NCBI GenBank assembly: GCA_016793245.1
Contig: JAEUHW010000057.1
Coordinates: 112,709 to 176,708 of the forward strand
Direction of reading: 5' to 3'
Source: Planctomycetota bacterium
GTDB lineage: Bacteria > Planctomycetota > UBA1135 > JADKAF01
Length of the DNA stretch: 64,000 nt
Part shown: piece after piece, positions 52,362 to 62,067 of the stretch
How positions within the stretch are numbered: the first letter of the stretch is position 1
How the letters are laid out: the number at the start of each line of letters is the position of its first letter
Notes under the pieces: model-generated
The model's database searches: none
Told to the model about the DNA's origin: nothing
The model's input: only the letters and a program-made list of their open reading frames with translations
Translations under genes and position numbers: made by a program

Positions 52362-52595
52362 TCAGCGCATGCGCCAGGCGACCCAGCACAGGGCCGCGGC
52401 GGCGAGCACGAGGCCGAGATGCGCCGCCCAGGCCAAGGCGGTGTCGATGCGCGAACGCCGCGGCAGATCGATGCGGTCCTCGAGCAAGCGCACGCTGCCT
52501 TCGTAGGAGCCACAGCTCGCGCAGTAATCCGCCTGGAAGGGCAGCACCGCGTCGCAGAGCCGGCAGAACTTCACTTGCTCGGAGCTCAAGCTCAC
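52362..52595 (-). CDS. small zinc-ribbon membrane protein (about 77 aa)
   Basis: This is the C-terminal part of ORF 52362..52802. FCRLCDAVLPFQADYCASCG has two CxxC pairs, followed by a TM helix (ALAWAAHLGLVLAAAALCWVAW). High GC3. The start is uncertain: GTG 52595 and TTG 52589 follow AGGGGG, and ATG 52652 is also in frame. Confidence 0.5.
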   Translation of the reverse strand: MSLSSEQVKFCRLCDAVLPFQADYCASCGSYEGSVRLLEDRIDLPRRSRIDTALAWAAHLGLVLAAAALCWVAWRMR

Positions 52596-52835
52596 CCCCC
52601 TGGTGCAACGGGGCCTGCGCGGCGCGTCGGTGCGCATCCGCACGGAGAGCATGCCAGGCGACCGCGTCGGCGCGAAGCGCCTGCTCGCGATCGCCGCTCG
52701 GCGAGAGTTCGGACGCACGGATACCCGAGCGAGAGAGAGCTTCGATGCCGCAGCGGGAGACGCCGGAGGCCGTTCCCGTCGGCGATGGCAGCGGAGGCTC
52801 ACTCGCGCGGCGAGTTCCCCGCCGCGAGCTCGGCA

Positions 52836-53426
52836 TCAATCGCGCGGCAGGCGCTGCGCCCAATCCCGCCACTTGGCGACCGCGACCACGCGCTCGGGGG
52901 CCGGCCCATCGGGCTCGTAGCCGAAGTCCTCGCGGGTCTGCTCCTTCAGGAAACGCGCGCAGAGCGCGCGCACGTAGCGGCTGTCGTCCTCGAGCCCCTC
53001 GACCAAGATGTCGACGCGGCTGAGATCGCCAAGGCGCGCCATGCCCCGCGCCGCCTCGTAGCGCACGCTCTGATCGGGATCGTCCGAGAGCGGCTCGATG
53101 TACGGCAGCACGCGACGATCCTTGTTGAGGCACAGGATGTTCAACGCGAGCGCGCGCATCTTGGGGGTCGGGCTCGCGAGCTGCTCGATCAGCGGCTCGT
53201 AGGCCGTCTCTCCGCGTTGACCGAGCCAGTAGAGCGCATCGATCAGCTCCGTTCCTCCGAGGTAGGGCAGGTCGGAGATCCGGCGCGCGATCTGCTCCTT
53301 CATCAGCATCGAGGGTTGCAGGAACTCGCTCTGCGGTCCGAAGTCCTCTTCGCCCTCGGTCACGCAGGCGGCGAGCAGCAGCGGGATGAGCGGGGCAACG
53401 CGCGAGTACGGTACGTGGCGCAGCAT
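52836..53426 (-). CDS. HEAT-repeat lipoprotein
   Basis: Lipobox PLLLAAC|V and HEAT-like repeats (LASPTPKMRALALNIL, LSDDPDQSVRYEAARGMARLGD, LEDDSRYVRALCARFL). Confidence 0.7.
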   Translation of the reverse strand: MLRHVPYSRVAPLIPLLLAACVTEGEEDFGPQSEFLQPSMLMKEQIARRISDLPYLGGTELIDALYWLGQRGETAYEPLIEQLASPTPKMRALALNILCLNKDRRVLPYIEPLSDDPDQSVRYEAARGMARLGDLSRVDILVEGLEDDSRYVRALCARFLKEQTREDFGYEPDGPAPERVVAVAKWRDWAQRLPRD

Positions 53427-53483
53427 GTCGGGTTCCTCGTCATGGCGGCGAGTGGTTTGCGGACCTCGCCCGCGCGACTTCGG

Positions 53484-55817
53484 TCAGTCCGCGCCGCGAC
53501 TTGACCTGCGACCCCAGCGAAGTGCCGCGCCGAGCAGCAGCACCAAGGCCACGCCGATCCACGGCGAGCTCGGAGCGAGCGACTCGTCGCGGCTCATGCG
53601 GCGCTCGGAACCCGCTCGACCGCGGAAGGCCCACCGCGGCGCGAACGGCGAGAGCTCTTCGGAGAGCGCTTCGGGCCAACTGCGACGGGCCACGCCACGG
53701 ACCTCGAGCGTTCCCCCTCCCGTCGCCCTCGAGCTCGCTTGGAAGTTGCGCGGTCCCGCGCGCAAGAGCTCGAACGTCCGCGGAGGGGCGCCGACGGCCG
53801 TCCAAACGGCGCTCACGGCCCCCTGCGATTCCGCGAGGCTCGCCGCGCGGGGAAAGCGAAGATCGACTCGGTGCCGAGCTCCGCGGCCGATGTCCCAGCG
53901 CGGACCGAGTGCCTCCCCGGCGGTCCAGCGGGCGAGCGCTTCCACGAGCGCCCCATCCGCGAAGTCGTCCGAGCCTCCGCCCAGCGTCGTCGCGACCCAC
54001 GCGACGCGGCCGGCACCCGCAGCGCGCAGCGCGACGAGCGGGAAGCCGTCCGCGGTCGCGAAAGGAGCCGCCGCTCCGGGCTCGAGTCGCGCGCGCCGAT
54101 GAGCGGCGAAGGGCGAGAGCGCCGCGGGGAATCCGGCCGGCAGCTCTCCGGCGATCGCGCGGATCGACGTCCGGACGATGCGCTCGGAAGCGGCGCTCGC
54201 GAGCAGCGCGCTCGCGATCGAGTCGACGCCCTCGACGCGCTGCACCGTTCCGAGCCGACCGGCGGCGACGAGCGCCTCGAGCCAAGCGCGGTCCGCACCC
54301 GCTCCGATCGCCAGTGCATGCACGCGCACGCCGAGGCTCTCCGCCAGCGCCGCGAGAGCGCGCGCCGAAGCGACGGGATCCTCGATCTCGGGATCCTCTT
54401 CGCGCCCGTCGGTGAGCACGATCACCGCACGACGGCTCGAGGCCCCGGCCTCGAGCGTGGCCCGCAAGGCGCGAGCGAGATGCGTCGCCCCGCGAGGCTC
54501 CACCGCGCCGAACAGCGCTTGCGCCGAGGCCGCTTCCGCCGCGCCGCGCGCCTTCAGCTCGCTCCAAGTACCCACCTCCGTGGCGAAGCACGCCGCGCGG
54601 ACCTGCCGCCCCGCCCCCCAGCGATCTCGCAGCGCATCGAGCCCGAGCAGGGCCTCTTCGAAGCGCTCGCCATCCATGGAACCGGAGGCATCGATCAGGA
54701 CCGCGATCTCTTCCAGCCCATCCTCGAGCTCGGGGGCGACGGGCAGGAGCTCGCGCCATGGGGATCGATCGTATCCGCCGCTCTCGAGCTGTCGTTCGAG
54801 ACCGGAGACGACGAGCCCTCCTCCTTCCGCGACGAAGCGGGCGAGAGCTTCGGCGGGAAGCTCCGCCGCATCCTGCTCTTCGATCCAGACGACATCGAAG
54901 GTTCCAAGCGCGGACGCGAGGGCGCTCGACGGCATGCGCTCCAACGCGAGCCCAGCCCGCCGACTCGGCTCCTCGGTCGCTCCCACCCACGCGACGCGAG
55001 GAACGCCCTCGATCGCGATCTCGCGCTCCGCGCGATCGTTCTCCGCGCAGTCGTCGCCGCGCAAGTCATGACGAACCTCGAGGCGGAGCGTCCCGGTGCT
55101 CGGCGCTTGGAGCTCGATCGAGATCGTCCCGCGCGCCGGCGCCGTCGCGGCCACCGGATGCCGCGCCACCCTCGCCCCTTCTTGCAGGACTTCGATCGCG
55201 AGGGGCCGCTCTCGGCATGCGCCGCGACGCGCGTAGCGCAGTCCCAAGCGAAACGGAGCGCCGGGGGCAACGAACGCCGGAGGATCCTCGAACTCGACGG
55301 CCGCGTCGTCGATCGGGCGCCCTTCGAGCTCCGCCCAAGTCCACGGCGGGCCGGAGAGCGGGAGTTCCGCGGGAGCAGCCAGCTCCCCGTCGCTGAGGAC
55401 GCGCACCTCCTCGAGACGGGAATTTCGCGCGAGGTGCGCGACCAGCGCTGCCGCTCGCGCGTCGAGGCGCGTGTCGGCCGCGAGTTGCGGGCGAGGCTGC
55501 GCGAGCGCGCGCTCCAGCGCATCGAAGTCGATCGCGGCGGGATCGGTGGGCCCGAGCAAGAGCTCGACTCCCTGCCCGAAGACCGCGACGCTCGCACGCT
55601 CGCCAGGATGGCGCCGAGCGCACTCGGCTTCGAGGCGCCAGCGCTGCGCTCGCGCGAGCGATAGCGGCTCTCGCCCCATCGAGGCCGATCCGTCCACGAG
55701 GAAGAGCACGACGCCGGGCTCCGGCGTGGCGCTCGGCCAGAGCGCCGCCGCGAGGAGTGCCAGTGCCGGAAGCACATCCGCCAAACGGCGCCCCCAGACA
55801 CTCTTCCGGCTCTGCAT
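53484..55817 (-). CDS. double-VWA-domain membrane protein (Bat-like), 777 aa
   Basis: Starts at internal ATG 55817 (AAGGGGGG upstream). N-terminal TM helix, two MIDAS-type motifs (VVLFLVDGSASMG and IAVLIDASGSMDG), and a C-terminal TM helix (WIGVALVLLLGAAL). Confidence 0.8.
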   Translation of the reverse strand: MQSRKSVWGRRLADVLPALALLAAALWPSATPEPGVVLFLVDGSASMGREPLSLARAQRWRLEAECARRHPGERASVAVFGQGVELLLGPTDPAAIDFDALERALAQPRPQLAADTRLDARAAALVAHLARNSRLEEVRVLSDGELAAPAELPLSGPPWTWAELEGRPIDDAAVEFEDPPAFVAPGAPFRLGLRYARRGACRERPLAIEVLQEGARVARHPVAATAPARGTISIELQAPSTGTLRLEVRHDLRGDDCAENDRAEREIAIEGVPRVAWVGATEEPSRRAGLALERMPSSALASALGTFDVVWIEEQDAAELPAEALARFVAEGGGLVVSGLERQLESGGYDRSPWRELLPVAPELEDGLEEIAVLIDASGSMDGERFEEALLGLDALRDRWGAGRQVRAACFATEVGTWSELKARGAAEAASAQALFGAVEPRGATHLARALRATLEAGASSRRAVIVLTDGREEDPEIEDPVASARALAALAESLGVRVHALAIGAGADRAWLEALVAAGRLGTVQRVEGVDSIASALLASAASERIVRTSIRAIAGELPAGFPAALSPFAAHRRARLEPGAAAPFATADGFPLVALRAAGAGRVAWVATTLGGGSDDFADGALVEALARWTAGEALGPRWDIGRGARHRVDLRFPRAASLAESQGAVSAVWTAVGAPPRTFELLRAGPRNFQASSRATGGGTLEVRGVARRSWPEALSEELSPFAPRWAFRGRAGSERRMSRDESLAPSSPWIGVALVLLLGAALRWGRRSSRGAD

Positions 55818-55966
55818 CGCGCCCCCCTTGGCGGAGCCTCCGTCGGGTTCGCTCGTTGCGGAGGGCTTTTGGCCTGACCTAGAATGCCGCCCTTTTGGTT
55901 CCACGCCGCTGGCCCGCTGGCGATCCGCTCCGTCGGGTCGCCTCATCGTCCCGCATCGGAGGGAAA

Positions 55967-56248
55967 GTGAACAAGACGCAGCTGATCGATGAAGTCCACC
56001 GCATCCTCGGACCGAGCGTTCCCCGCTCGGCCGCAGAGAAGGCGCTCCAGAGCGTGCTCGACGCGCTGGAGAACGGCGTCGCCAACGATGGCTCCGTCCA
56101 GATCGTCGGCTTCGGCACCTTCACGGTCAAGGCGCGCCCCGCCCGCATGGGCCGCAACCCGCGCACCAAGGAACCCGTGGAGATCAAGGCCTCGAAGAAC
56201 GTGGCCTTCAAGGCCGGCACGAGCCTGAAGAAGCGCCTCGAAGGCTGA
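55967..56248 (+). CDS. hup: HU-family DNA-binding protein
   Basis: GTG 55967 is preceded by GGAGGGAAA. M-NKTQLIDEV..., GFGTFTVKARPARMGRNPRTKEPVEIKASK. Confidence 0.9.
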   Translation: MNKTQLIDEVHRILGPSVPRSAAEKALQSVLDALENGVANDGSVQIVGFGTFTVKARPARMGRNPRTKEPVEIKASKNVAFKAGTSLKKRLEG

Positions 56249-56259
56249 GCACCCGCAGC

Positions 56260-56292
56260 GCAGAGCCGTGCGCCCACAAGCGCCGGCTCTGC
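56260..56292 (+). terminator. hairpin after hup
   Basis: gcagagccg (56260-56268) pairs with cggctctgc (56284-56292) across a 15-nt loop, 12 nt after the hup stop. There is no U-tract. Confidence 0.35.
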
Positions 56293-56403
56293 GTCACCCG
56301 CTCGCGATCCGCGAGCGCCAAGCGTCGCGAGTTCCTCGCGTTCGCTCGTGAAGGGCGCCGACCGCACACCGCGGCACGCAGCACCCAGACCGCAGACCGA
56401 GCT

Positions 56404-56451
56404 GTCAGCAGGCGCGGCCGTCAGCAGACGCGGCCGTCAGCAGACGCGGTG
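56404..56451. repeat. 16-bp tandem repeat, 3 copies, abutting the mnmA stop codon
   Basis: gtcagcaggcgcggcc / gtcagcagacgcggcc / gtcagcagacgcggtg match at 15/16 and 14/16 positions. The repeat ends 1 nt before the mnmA stop triplet at 56453-56455. Confidence 0.8.
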
Positions 56452-56452
56452 A

Positions 56453-57676
56453 TCAGAGCGCAGAAGCAGTCGCCGCAACCGTGCGCCGCAGTTCGATCCA
56501 GCCTCCGCCGAGGCAGCGATCACCGTCGTAGAGCACGGCGCCCTGACCAGGTGTCACCGCGAGCTGCTCTTCTTCGAACGAGACTTCGAAGACGGAGTTC
56601 GCCGTGGCTCGGACCCTCGCCGCCGCCGCGCTCCCGCGCGAGCGGATCTGCACCGCGCACACCAGCTCTTCCCCCTCCCGCGGCGGATCGATGCCGATCC
56701 AGTTCGCGTCCCGGAGCAGGAAGCCCGCCGAGCCGAGCTCCTCGCGCGTGCCGATCACCACCTCGCCCGTCTCCGGCCGGATCTCCAGCACGTAGAGCGG
56801 CTCCCCCGCGGCGAGACCGAGCCCTCGCCGCTGCCCGATGGTGAAGAGCTCGATGCCTTCGTGCGGCCCCCAGTCCTTGCCGCGCCGATCGATGAAGCGC
56901 CCCGGTCGCAAGACCGCCCCTCTGCTGCGCAGCACGTCGCGGTAGTCGCCGCTCGGCACGAAGCAGATCTCCTGCGAATCGGGCTTGTCCTGCGTGCGCA
57001 GTCCGAGCTCGCGCGCCAGCGCGCGCACCTCGCTCTTCGGCAGGTGCCCCACGGGAAACTCGCAGCGCGCGAGCGCGCGCTCGGCGACGGGGAAGAGAAC
57101 GTACGACTGGTCCTTCTGTGCGTCGCGCCCCCGCCGCAGAGCGACCCGCCCCCCCGCCGTGCGCTCGAGCTGCACGTAGTGCCCCGTCGCGACGCGCTCG
57201 ATCCCGAGCTCGTCGGCGAGCTGCAGGAGACGGCCGAACTTGAGGTCGCGGTTGCAGACGGCACAGGGATTCGGCGTGCGCCCGAGCGAGTACTCGCGAG
57301 CGAAGTAGTCGATCAGGCTGCCGAACTCGTGCTCCAGATCGAAGACCTGGAAGGGCACGGCCAGGGACGCCGCCACGAGGCGCGCGTCCCGCGCGTCGTC
57401 GATCCCACAGCAGCCCTGCTTCAGGCGGCGTGGCGCCGCAGGAGCGCACGCGTCGCCCTCCGCCGCTCGGACGGGCGCCGGGACGGCCGGCTTCACGCCG
57501 TTCCGCATGAAGACGCCGACGACGGAGTGGCCCGCGTTCTTCAGGAGCGCCGCGGCGACGCTGGAATCGACGCCGCCGGACATGGCGACGAGCACGGTGG
57601 CCAAGGGTTCCTCGGAGTGTGGGTAGCGGGCGAACGCCGCGAGTCTAGCGGCGGAACGAGGCGGAGAGGAAAGCAC
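56453..57676 (-). CDS. mnmA: tRNA-specific 2-thiouridylase MnmA
   Basis: VLVAMSGGVDSSVAA (PP-loop), NPCAVCNRDLKFG, ATGHY and KDQSYVL. The N-terminal extent is uncertain. Confidence 0.9.
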   Translation of the reverse strand: MLSSPPRSAARLAAFARYPHSEEPLATVLVAMSGGVDSSVAAALLKNAGHSVVGVFMRNGVKPAVPAPVRAAEGDACAPAAPRRLKQGCCGIDDARDARLVAASLAVPFQVFDLEHEFGSLIDYFAREYSLGRTPNPCAVCNRDLKFGRLLQLADELGIERVATGHYVQLERTAGGRVALRRGRDAQKDQSYVLFPVAERALARCEFPVGHLPKSEVRALARELGLRTQDKPDSQEICFVPSGDYRDVLRSRGAVLRPGRFIDRRGKDWGPHEGIELFTIGQRRGLGLAAGEPLYVLEIRPETGEVVIGTREELGSAGFLLRDANWIGIDPPREGEELVCAVQIRSRGSAAAARVRATANSVFEVSFEEEQLAVTPGQGAVLYDGDRCLGGGWIELRRTVAATASAL

Positions 57677-57771
57677 TCGCCTCGCGAAAGCGCTTGCTGC
57701 GCCGCGTCGGCTCCCTAGACTCCTCGGCCCCCATTTTCGATCCAGAGCCCGTTTCGCGGGACCCGCAGCAC

Positions 57772-58239
57772 ATGCTCCTACCTCACTGGCTCGCGCTCGC
57801 GAGCGCCCAGGGCGACGCCGCCCAGACGAATCCCGGCGCCGGCTCCCCGCCCGCGCCGACGCCGAATGACACCACCAGCACCACGAGCCCCTCGGGCCAG
57901 CCGCAGCAGGCCGCGCCCCAAGGCGGCGACCTGATGAGCACGCTGGTCCTCTTCGGCGGGATGTTCCTGCTGCTCTGGCTCTTCTTGCTCGGCCCCGAAC
58001 GCCGCAAGCGCAAGCAGCACGAGCAGCGCCTCGCCCAACTGAAGGAGAAGGACGAGGTGATGACCCTCGGCGGCATCTTCGGAACCGTGGTGATGCTCCG
58101 CGGCGACCAGATCACCATCCGCGTCGACGAGAAACGCGGCACCACGCTCCGCATCGCGCGCAGCTCGATCGCGACGATCCTGCCGCGCGAGAACGGCGCG
58201 AAGGAGAAGGACAAGGAGAGCGACGCCGAAGCCGAGTGA
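57772..58239 (+). CDS. yajC: preprotein translocase subunit YajC
   Basis: TM helix (TLVLFGGMFLLLWLFLL), then KRKQHEQRLAQLKEKDEVMTLGGIFGTVVMLRGDQITIRV. I prefer ATG 57772 over the track start 57694. Confidence 0.85.
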   Translation: MLLPHWLALASAQGDAAQTNPGAGSPPAPTPNDTTSTTSPSGQPQQAAPQGGDLMSTLVLFGGMFLLLWLFLLGPERRKRKQHEQRLAQLKEKDEVMTLGGIFGTVVMLRGDQITIRVDEKRGTTLRIARSSIATILPRENGAKEKDKESDAEAE

Positions 58240-58290
58240 CCGCGAGCTTCGTCGCGCGTCGAGCGGGCTCTCTTGCTCCGCGAGGCGACG

Positions 58291-58809
58291 ATGAAGCAGC
58301 TCTTCTCCTGGCTCGGCGTTCTCCTGCGTCGCCGTTCGCGGCTGGCGCGCGTCGCGGCGAAGGATGCGCGCCACGAGCTCGGCCATCGAGGCGAGGAGCT
58401 GGCCGCGGCGCACTACCGAGCCGAAGGCTACCGCGTGCTCGAACGACGCTGGCGCTCCTCGTGTGGCGAGGTCGACCTCGTGCTCGAGCGAGCAAGGCGC
58501 GGTGAACGTCGCGTGCTGGTCGCGGTCGAGGTGAAGACGCGCCGCGCGCGGCGCCGCGACGGCCTCGACGATCCGGTCGCCGAGACGCGCGCGACACAAC
58601 TCGCGCGCGTCGAGCGCGCGCTCCTCTCGCACCCCCGCGCGCGACGCCGCAGGCTCGCCGATGGCGCGCACGGCCCCCTCCTCCGGGTAGACCTCGCCGC
58701 CGTGCTCGCTCGGACCGATGGAATCCTCGAGCTACGCGTGAGCGCAGGACGCCCCTTCGAACGGCTGGAGCCTCGAAGCCGGCCGGATCGCGGCGCGAGC
58801 AGAAGCTGA
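58291..58809 (+). CDS. yraN: YraN-family (UPF0102) endonuclease-like protein
   Basis: ATG 58291 has GAGG 6 nt upstream. GHRGEELAAAHYRAEGYRVLERRWRSSCGEVDLV...VAVEVKTR. Confidence 0.8.
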   Translation: MKQLFSWLGVLLRRRSRLARVAAKDARHELGHRGEELAAAHYRAEGYRVLERRWRSSCGEVDLVLERARRGERRVLVAVEVKTRRARRRDGLDDPVAETRATQLARVERALLSHPRARRRRLADGAHGPLLRVDLAAVLARTDGILELRVSAGRPFERLEPRSRPDRGASRS

Positions 58810-58869
58810 GCCCCTCCAGCGCCGATAGTCCCCTCGACCAGGTCAGCGCGCCCTCGCGCGAGACCCCGC

Positions 58870-60342
58870 ATGATCCGGATCTTCCGCTACTACATCTCCT
58901 ACCGCATGGTCCTGCTGGTGGTCTCCGAGACCATCTTGCTGGCCCTCGCGGTGATGCTCGGCACTTCGGCGCATCTCCTGTTCGCCGAGGCCGGAGCACG
59001 TCTGGCCGGAGACGTGCGGAACGCCGTGACTAGCTCGCTCTTCATCGCCCTGCTCTGCCAGGTCGCGATGGGCTTCAACGAGCTCTACGAATGGCGCGTC
59101 TCGACGAACCCGCGCGAGCGCTCGTGGAAGCTCGCGGTCGCCTGCGGCGCGTCGCTGATCTCGCTCGCCGGACTGATCGGGATCCTGCGCCTGCTCGGCT
59201 GGGAGGAGCTGCTCGGCTTCGCTCCCGTGAGCGGCACCTGGAGCCTCACCGAGCGCGTGATCCTCTCCATCGCCGCCGGCTTCGCGCTGCTCTGGCCGTA
59301 TCGCTGGCTCTTCCATTGGCTCGTCGTCCGCTGGAAGTTCGGCGAGCGCCTGTTGATCCTCGGCGGCGGAGCGCAGGCGCAGGAGATCGCGCAAGCGCTC
59401 ATGGATCGCCCCGACTCGGGCTATGAGTTCCTCTCGCTGGTCTACCCCGCGCCGCCCTACGTGCCGTTCGACGGCTCTCCGGCCGCCGCACCCGGCACCG
59501 CGATCCTGCCCGCAGTCTTCGCCGATGTCGGCGAGCTCTACGACATGGCGATGCTGCTGCGCGTGAACCGCGTCGTGATCGCGATGGAGGACCGCCGTGG
59601 AAACCTCCCCACGGGCGAGCTCCTGAAGATCCGCATGGCCGGAGTGAAGATCGAGGAGCGCGAGGAGCTCTACGAGCGCATCACCGGCAAGATCTCGGTG
59701 TCGAGCCTGCGACCGTCCTATCTCATCTTCTCGCGCGGCTTCGAGCGCAGCCGCCTCACCTTCGCCAGCAAGCGCTTCCTCGACATCGCGGTCGCGTCCG
59801 TGGGCCTCGTGCTCGCGCTGCCGGTGATGCTCATCACGGCGCTCGCGGTGAAGCTGGATTCGCGCGGCCCGATCTTCTTCCGCCAGGAGCGCTGCGGTAA
59901 GGACGGGCGACCGTTCGCGCTCTACAAGTTCCGCTCGATGCGCGTCGATGCCGAGCTGACCTCGGGCCCGGTCTGGGCGCGCACCGGGGATTCGCGCGTG
60001 ACGCGCATCGGCCGGTTCATCCGGCGGACGCGCATCGACGAGATCCCGCAGATGTACAACGTCCTGCGCGGCGACATGTCCTTCGTCGGTCCGCGCCCGG
60101 AACGCCCGTTCTTCGTGCGCGAGCTCGCCGAGGCGATCCCCTACTACAAGCAGCGCCTCACGGTGAAGCCCGGGATCACCGGCTGGGCGCAGATCTGCTA
60201 TCCCTACGGATCTTCGGTCGAGGACGCGGTCCAGAAGCTCCAGTACGATCTCTACTACATCAAGAACCTCTCGATCCTCTTCGACCTTTCGATCATCATG
60301 CGCACGATCAAGGTCGTGGTCCTGCGGAAGGGCGCCGTCTGA
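58870..60342 (+). CDS. polyprenyl-phosphate glycosyl-1-phosphate transferase (WbaP/EpsB-type initiating sugar transferase)
   Basis: N-terminal MIRIFRYYISY and 4-5 TM helices, typical of EpsB-type proteins. Catalytic C-terminus: KRFLDI, PIFFRQERCGKDGRPFALYKFRSM, DEIPQ, GDMSFVGPRPE. Confidence 0.9.
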   Translation: MIRIFRYYISYRMVLLVVSETILLALAVMLGTSAHLLFAEAGARLAGDVRNAVTSSLFIALLCQVAMGFNELYEWRVSTNPRERSWKLAVACGASLISLAGLIGILRLLGWEELLGFAPVSGTWSLTERVILSIAAGFALLWPYRWLFHWLVVRWKFGERLLILGGGAQAQEIAQALMDRPDSGYEFLSLVYPAPPYVPFDGSPAAAPGTAILPAVFADVGELYDMAMLLRVNRVVIAMEDRRGNLPTGELLKIRMAGVKIEEREELYERITGKISVSSLRPSYLIFSRGFERSRLTFASKRFLDIAVASVGLVLALPVMLITALAVKLDSRGPIFFRQERCGKDGRPFALYKFRSMRVDAELTSGPVWARTGDSRVTRIGRFIRRTRIDEIPQMYNVLRGDMSFVGPRPERPFFVRELAEAIPYYKQRLTVKPGITGWAQICYPYGSSVEDAVQKLQYDLYYIKNLSILFDLSIIMRTIKVVVLRKGAV

Positions 60343-60426
60343 GCGCTGCGCCGGCGCGGGCGCCACGACGCTCCTCGCCTCGATCCTTCCCGCTCACGCA
60401 GCCTCGATCCGCTGCGCCCACGGCCC

Positions 60427-62067
60427 ATGTCCGCACCCGCCCCCGCGGCGCACGCTTCGGAAGCGTCCGCGCTGCTCCCGTCCCGCGTCCTCGTCTGCGA
60501 CGGCATCGATGAGCAAGCCTGCGGCGTGCTGCGCTCCGCGGGGCTCGTCGTCGAGATCTGCGATGGCGATCGCGCCGCGCTGCTGCGCGCTCTCGCCGAA
60601 GCCGATGCGCTGCTCGTGCGCTCGAAGACGAAGGTCGACGCGGCCCTGATCGCCGCGGCTCCGCGGCTGCGCTTGGTAGGTCGCGCCGGCGTCGGTGTCG
60701 ACAACATCGATGTCGCGACGGCGACGCGCGCCGGCATCGTCGTCGTCAACGCCCCCGAAGGAAACACCGTCACCACCGCCGAGCTCGCGATCACCTTGAT
60801 CTGCGCGCTGGCGCGACATGTACCCGCGGCGGATCGCTCGGTGCGCGCCGGGCGCTGGGAGAAGACGAAGTTCCAAGGCACCGAGCTCGAAGGGAAGGTG
60901 CTGGGCGTCGTGGGTCTCGGCCGCATCGGCAAGGTCGTCGCCGATCGAGCGCAAGGCTTGAAGATGCGCGTCATCGCCTACGACCCGTTCTTGGCGCCCG
61001 CCACGGGTGGGGCCGGTGGTATCGACGGCGTGCAGATCGTCGACCTCGACGAGCTCGTCTCGCGCGCGGACTTCCTCACCATCCACACGCCGCTCACGGA
61101 GCAGACGCGCTCGCTCTTCGACGCGGCGCGCCTCGCGCGGATGAAGCGCGGCGCGCGCTTGGTGTGCGCGGCGCGCGGCGGCATCGTCGACGAGCAAGCG
61201 CTCGTGGAGGCGCTGCGCAGCGGTCACCTCGCGGGTGCCGCACTCGACGTGTTCTCCGAGGAGCCGCTCCCGGCGGGTCATCCCCTGCGCGAGATGGAGA
61301 ACGCGATCCTGACGCCGCATCTCGGCGCTTCGACCGAGGAAGCACAGCAGCGCGTCGCGCTGCAGGTGGCGCAGCAGGTGGTCGACTTCTTGCGCGAAGG
61401 CGTCGCGGCGCACGCGGTGAACGCGCCGCGCCTCTCGCACGACGCACTGCGCGAAGTCGGGCCCTACCTCGCGCTCGCGCGGCGCCTCGCTTCGATCGCG
61501 GTCCAGCTCCTCGGCGCGGAGGCCACCGAGCGCCTCGAGGTCGAGCTCCAAGGCCCCGAGCCGGCGCGCCACCGCGAAGCGCTGCGGTTGGCGATCCTCG
61601 TCGGCGCGCTCGAGCCGCATCGCTCGACGGCGCTGAACTTCGTGAACGCGCCGGTCCTGGCGAGCGAGCGCGGGCTGCGCGTCCTCGAGCACGCGGATCC
61701 ACAAGTGCGCGACTACGTGAACAGCATCCAGGTGCGCGCTCATGGTCGCGACGGCGCGAGTTCTCGCGTCACAGGCACCGTGTTCCTGCGCACCCCGCGC
61801 CTCGTGCGCTTCGACGACTTGCCCCTCGACGCCGATCCCTCCGGCCATCTGCTCATCACGCGTCACAGCGATCGCCCGGGCGTGATCGGACGCATCGGAA
61901 CGATCCTGGGCGAAGCGCGGATCAACATCTCGCGCTTGCAGCTCGGCCAAGCCGGTCACGATGGCGCGGTCGGCATCCTCAATATCGACGAAGCCGTGCC
62001 CGACGAGGTGCTCGCGCGCATCCGCGCCCTCGACTTCGTCCAGCAGGTCTTCCTGGTCAAACCGTGA
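60427..62067 (+). CDS. serA: D-3-phosphoglycerate dehydrogenase (long form with ASB and ACT domains)
   Basis: GRAGVGVDNIDV, VGLGRIGKVVA, AARGGIVDE, LTPHLGAST, and a C-terminal ACT-like HSDRPGVIGRIGTILGEARINI. Confidence 0.95.
   Translation: MSAPAPAAHASEASALLPSRVLVCDGIDEQACGVLRSAGLVVEICDGDRAALLRALAEADALLVRSKTKVDAALIAAAPRLRLVGRAGVGVDNIDVATATRAGIVVVNAPEGNTVTTAELAITLICALARHVPAADRSVRAGRWEKTKFQGTELEGKVLGVVGLGRIGKVVADRAQGLKMRVIAYDPFLAPATGGAGGIDGVQIVDLDELVSRADFLTIHTPLTEQTRSLFDAARLARMKRGARLVCAARGGIVDEQALVEALRSGHLAGAALDVFSEEPLPAGHPLREMENAILTPHLGASTEEAQQRVALQVAQQVVDFLREGVAAHAVNAPRLSHDALREVGPYLALARRLASIAVQLLGAEATERLEVELQGPEPARHREALRLAILVGALEPHRSTALNFVNAPVLASERGLRVLEHADPQVRDYVNSIQVRAHGRDGASSRVTGTVFLRTPRLVRFDDLPLDADPSGHLLITRHSDRPGVIGRIGTILGEARINISRLQLGQAGHDGAVGILNIDEAVPDEVLARIRALDFVQQVFLVKP

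Noticed and set aside
58843-61959. 507-aa and 521-aa minus-strand ORFs (58843..60366 and 60394..61959)
   Set aside because: They are antisense to the sugar transferase and serA, both unambiguous by motif.
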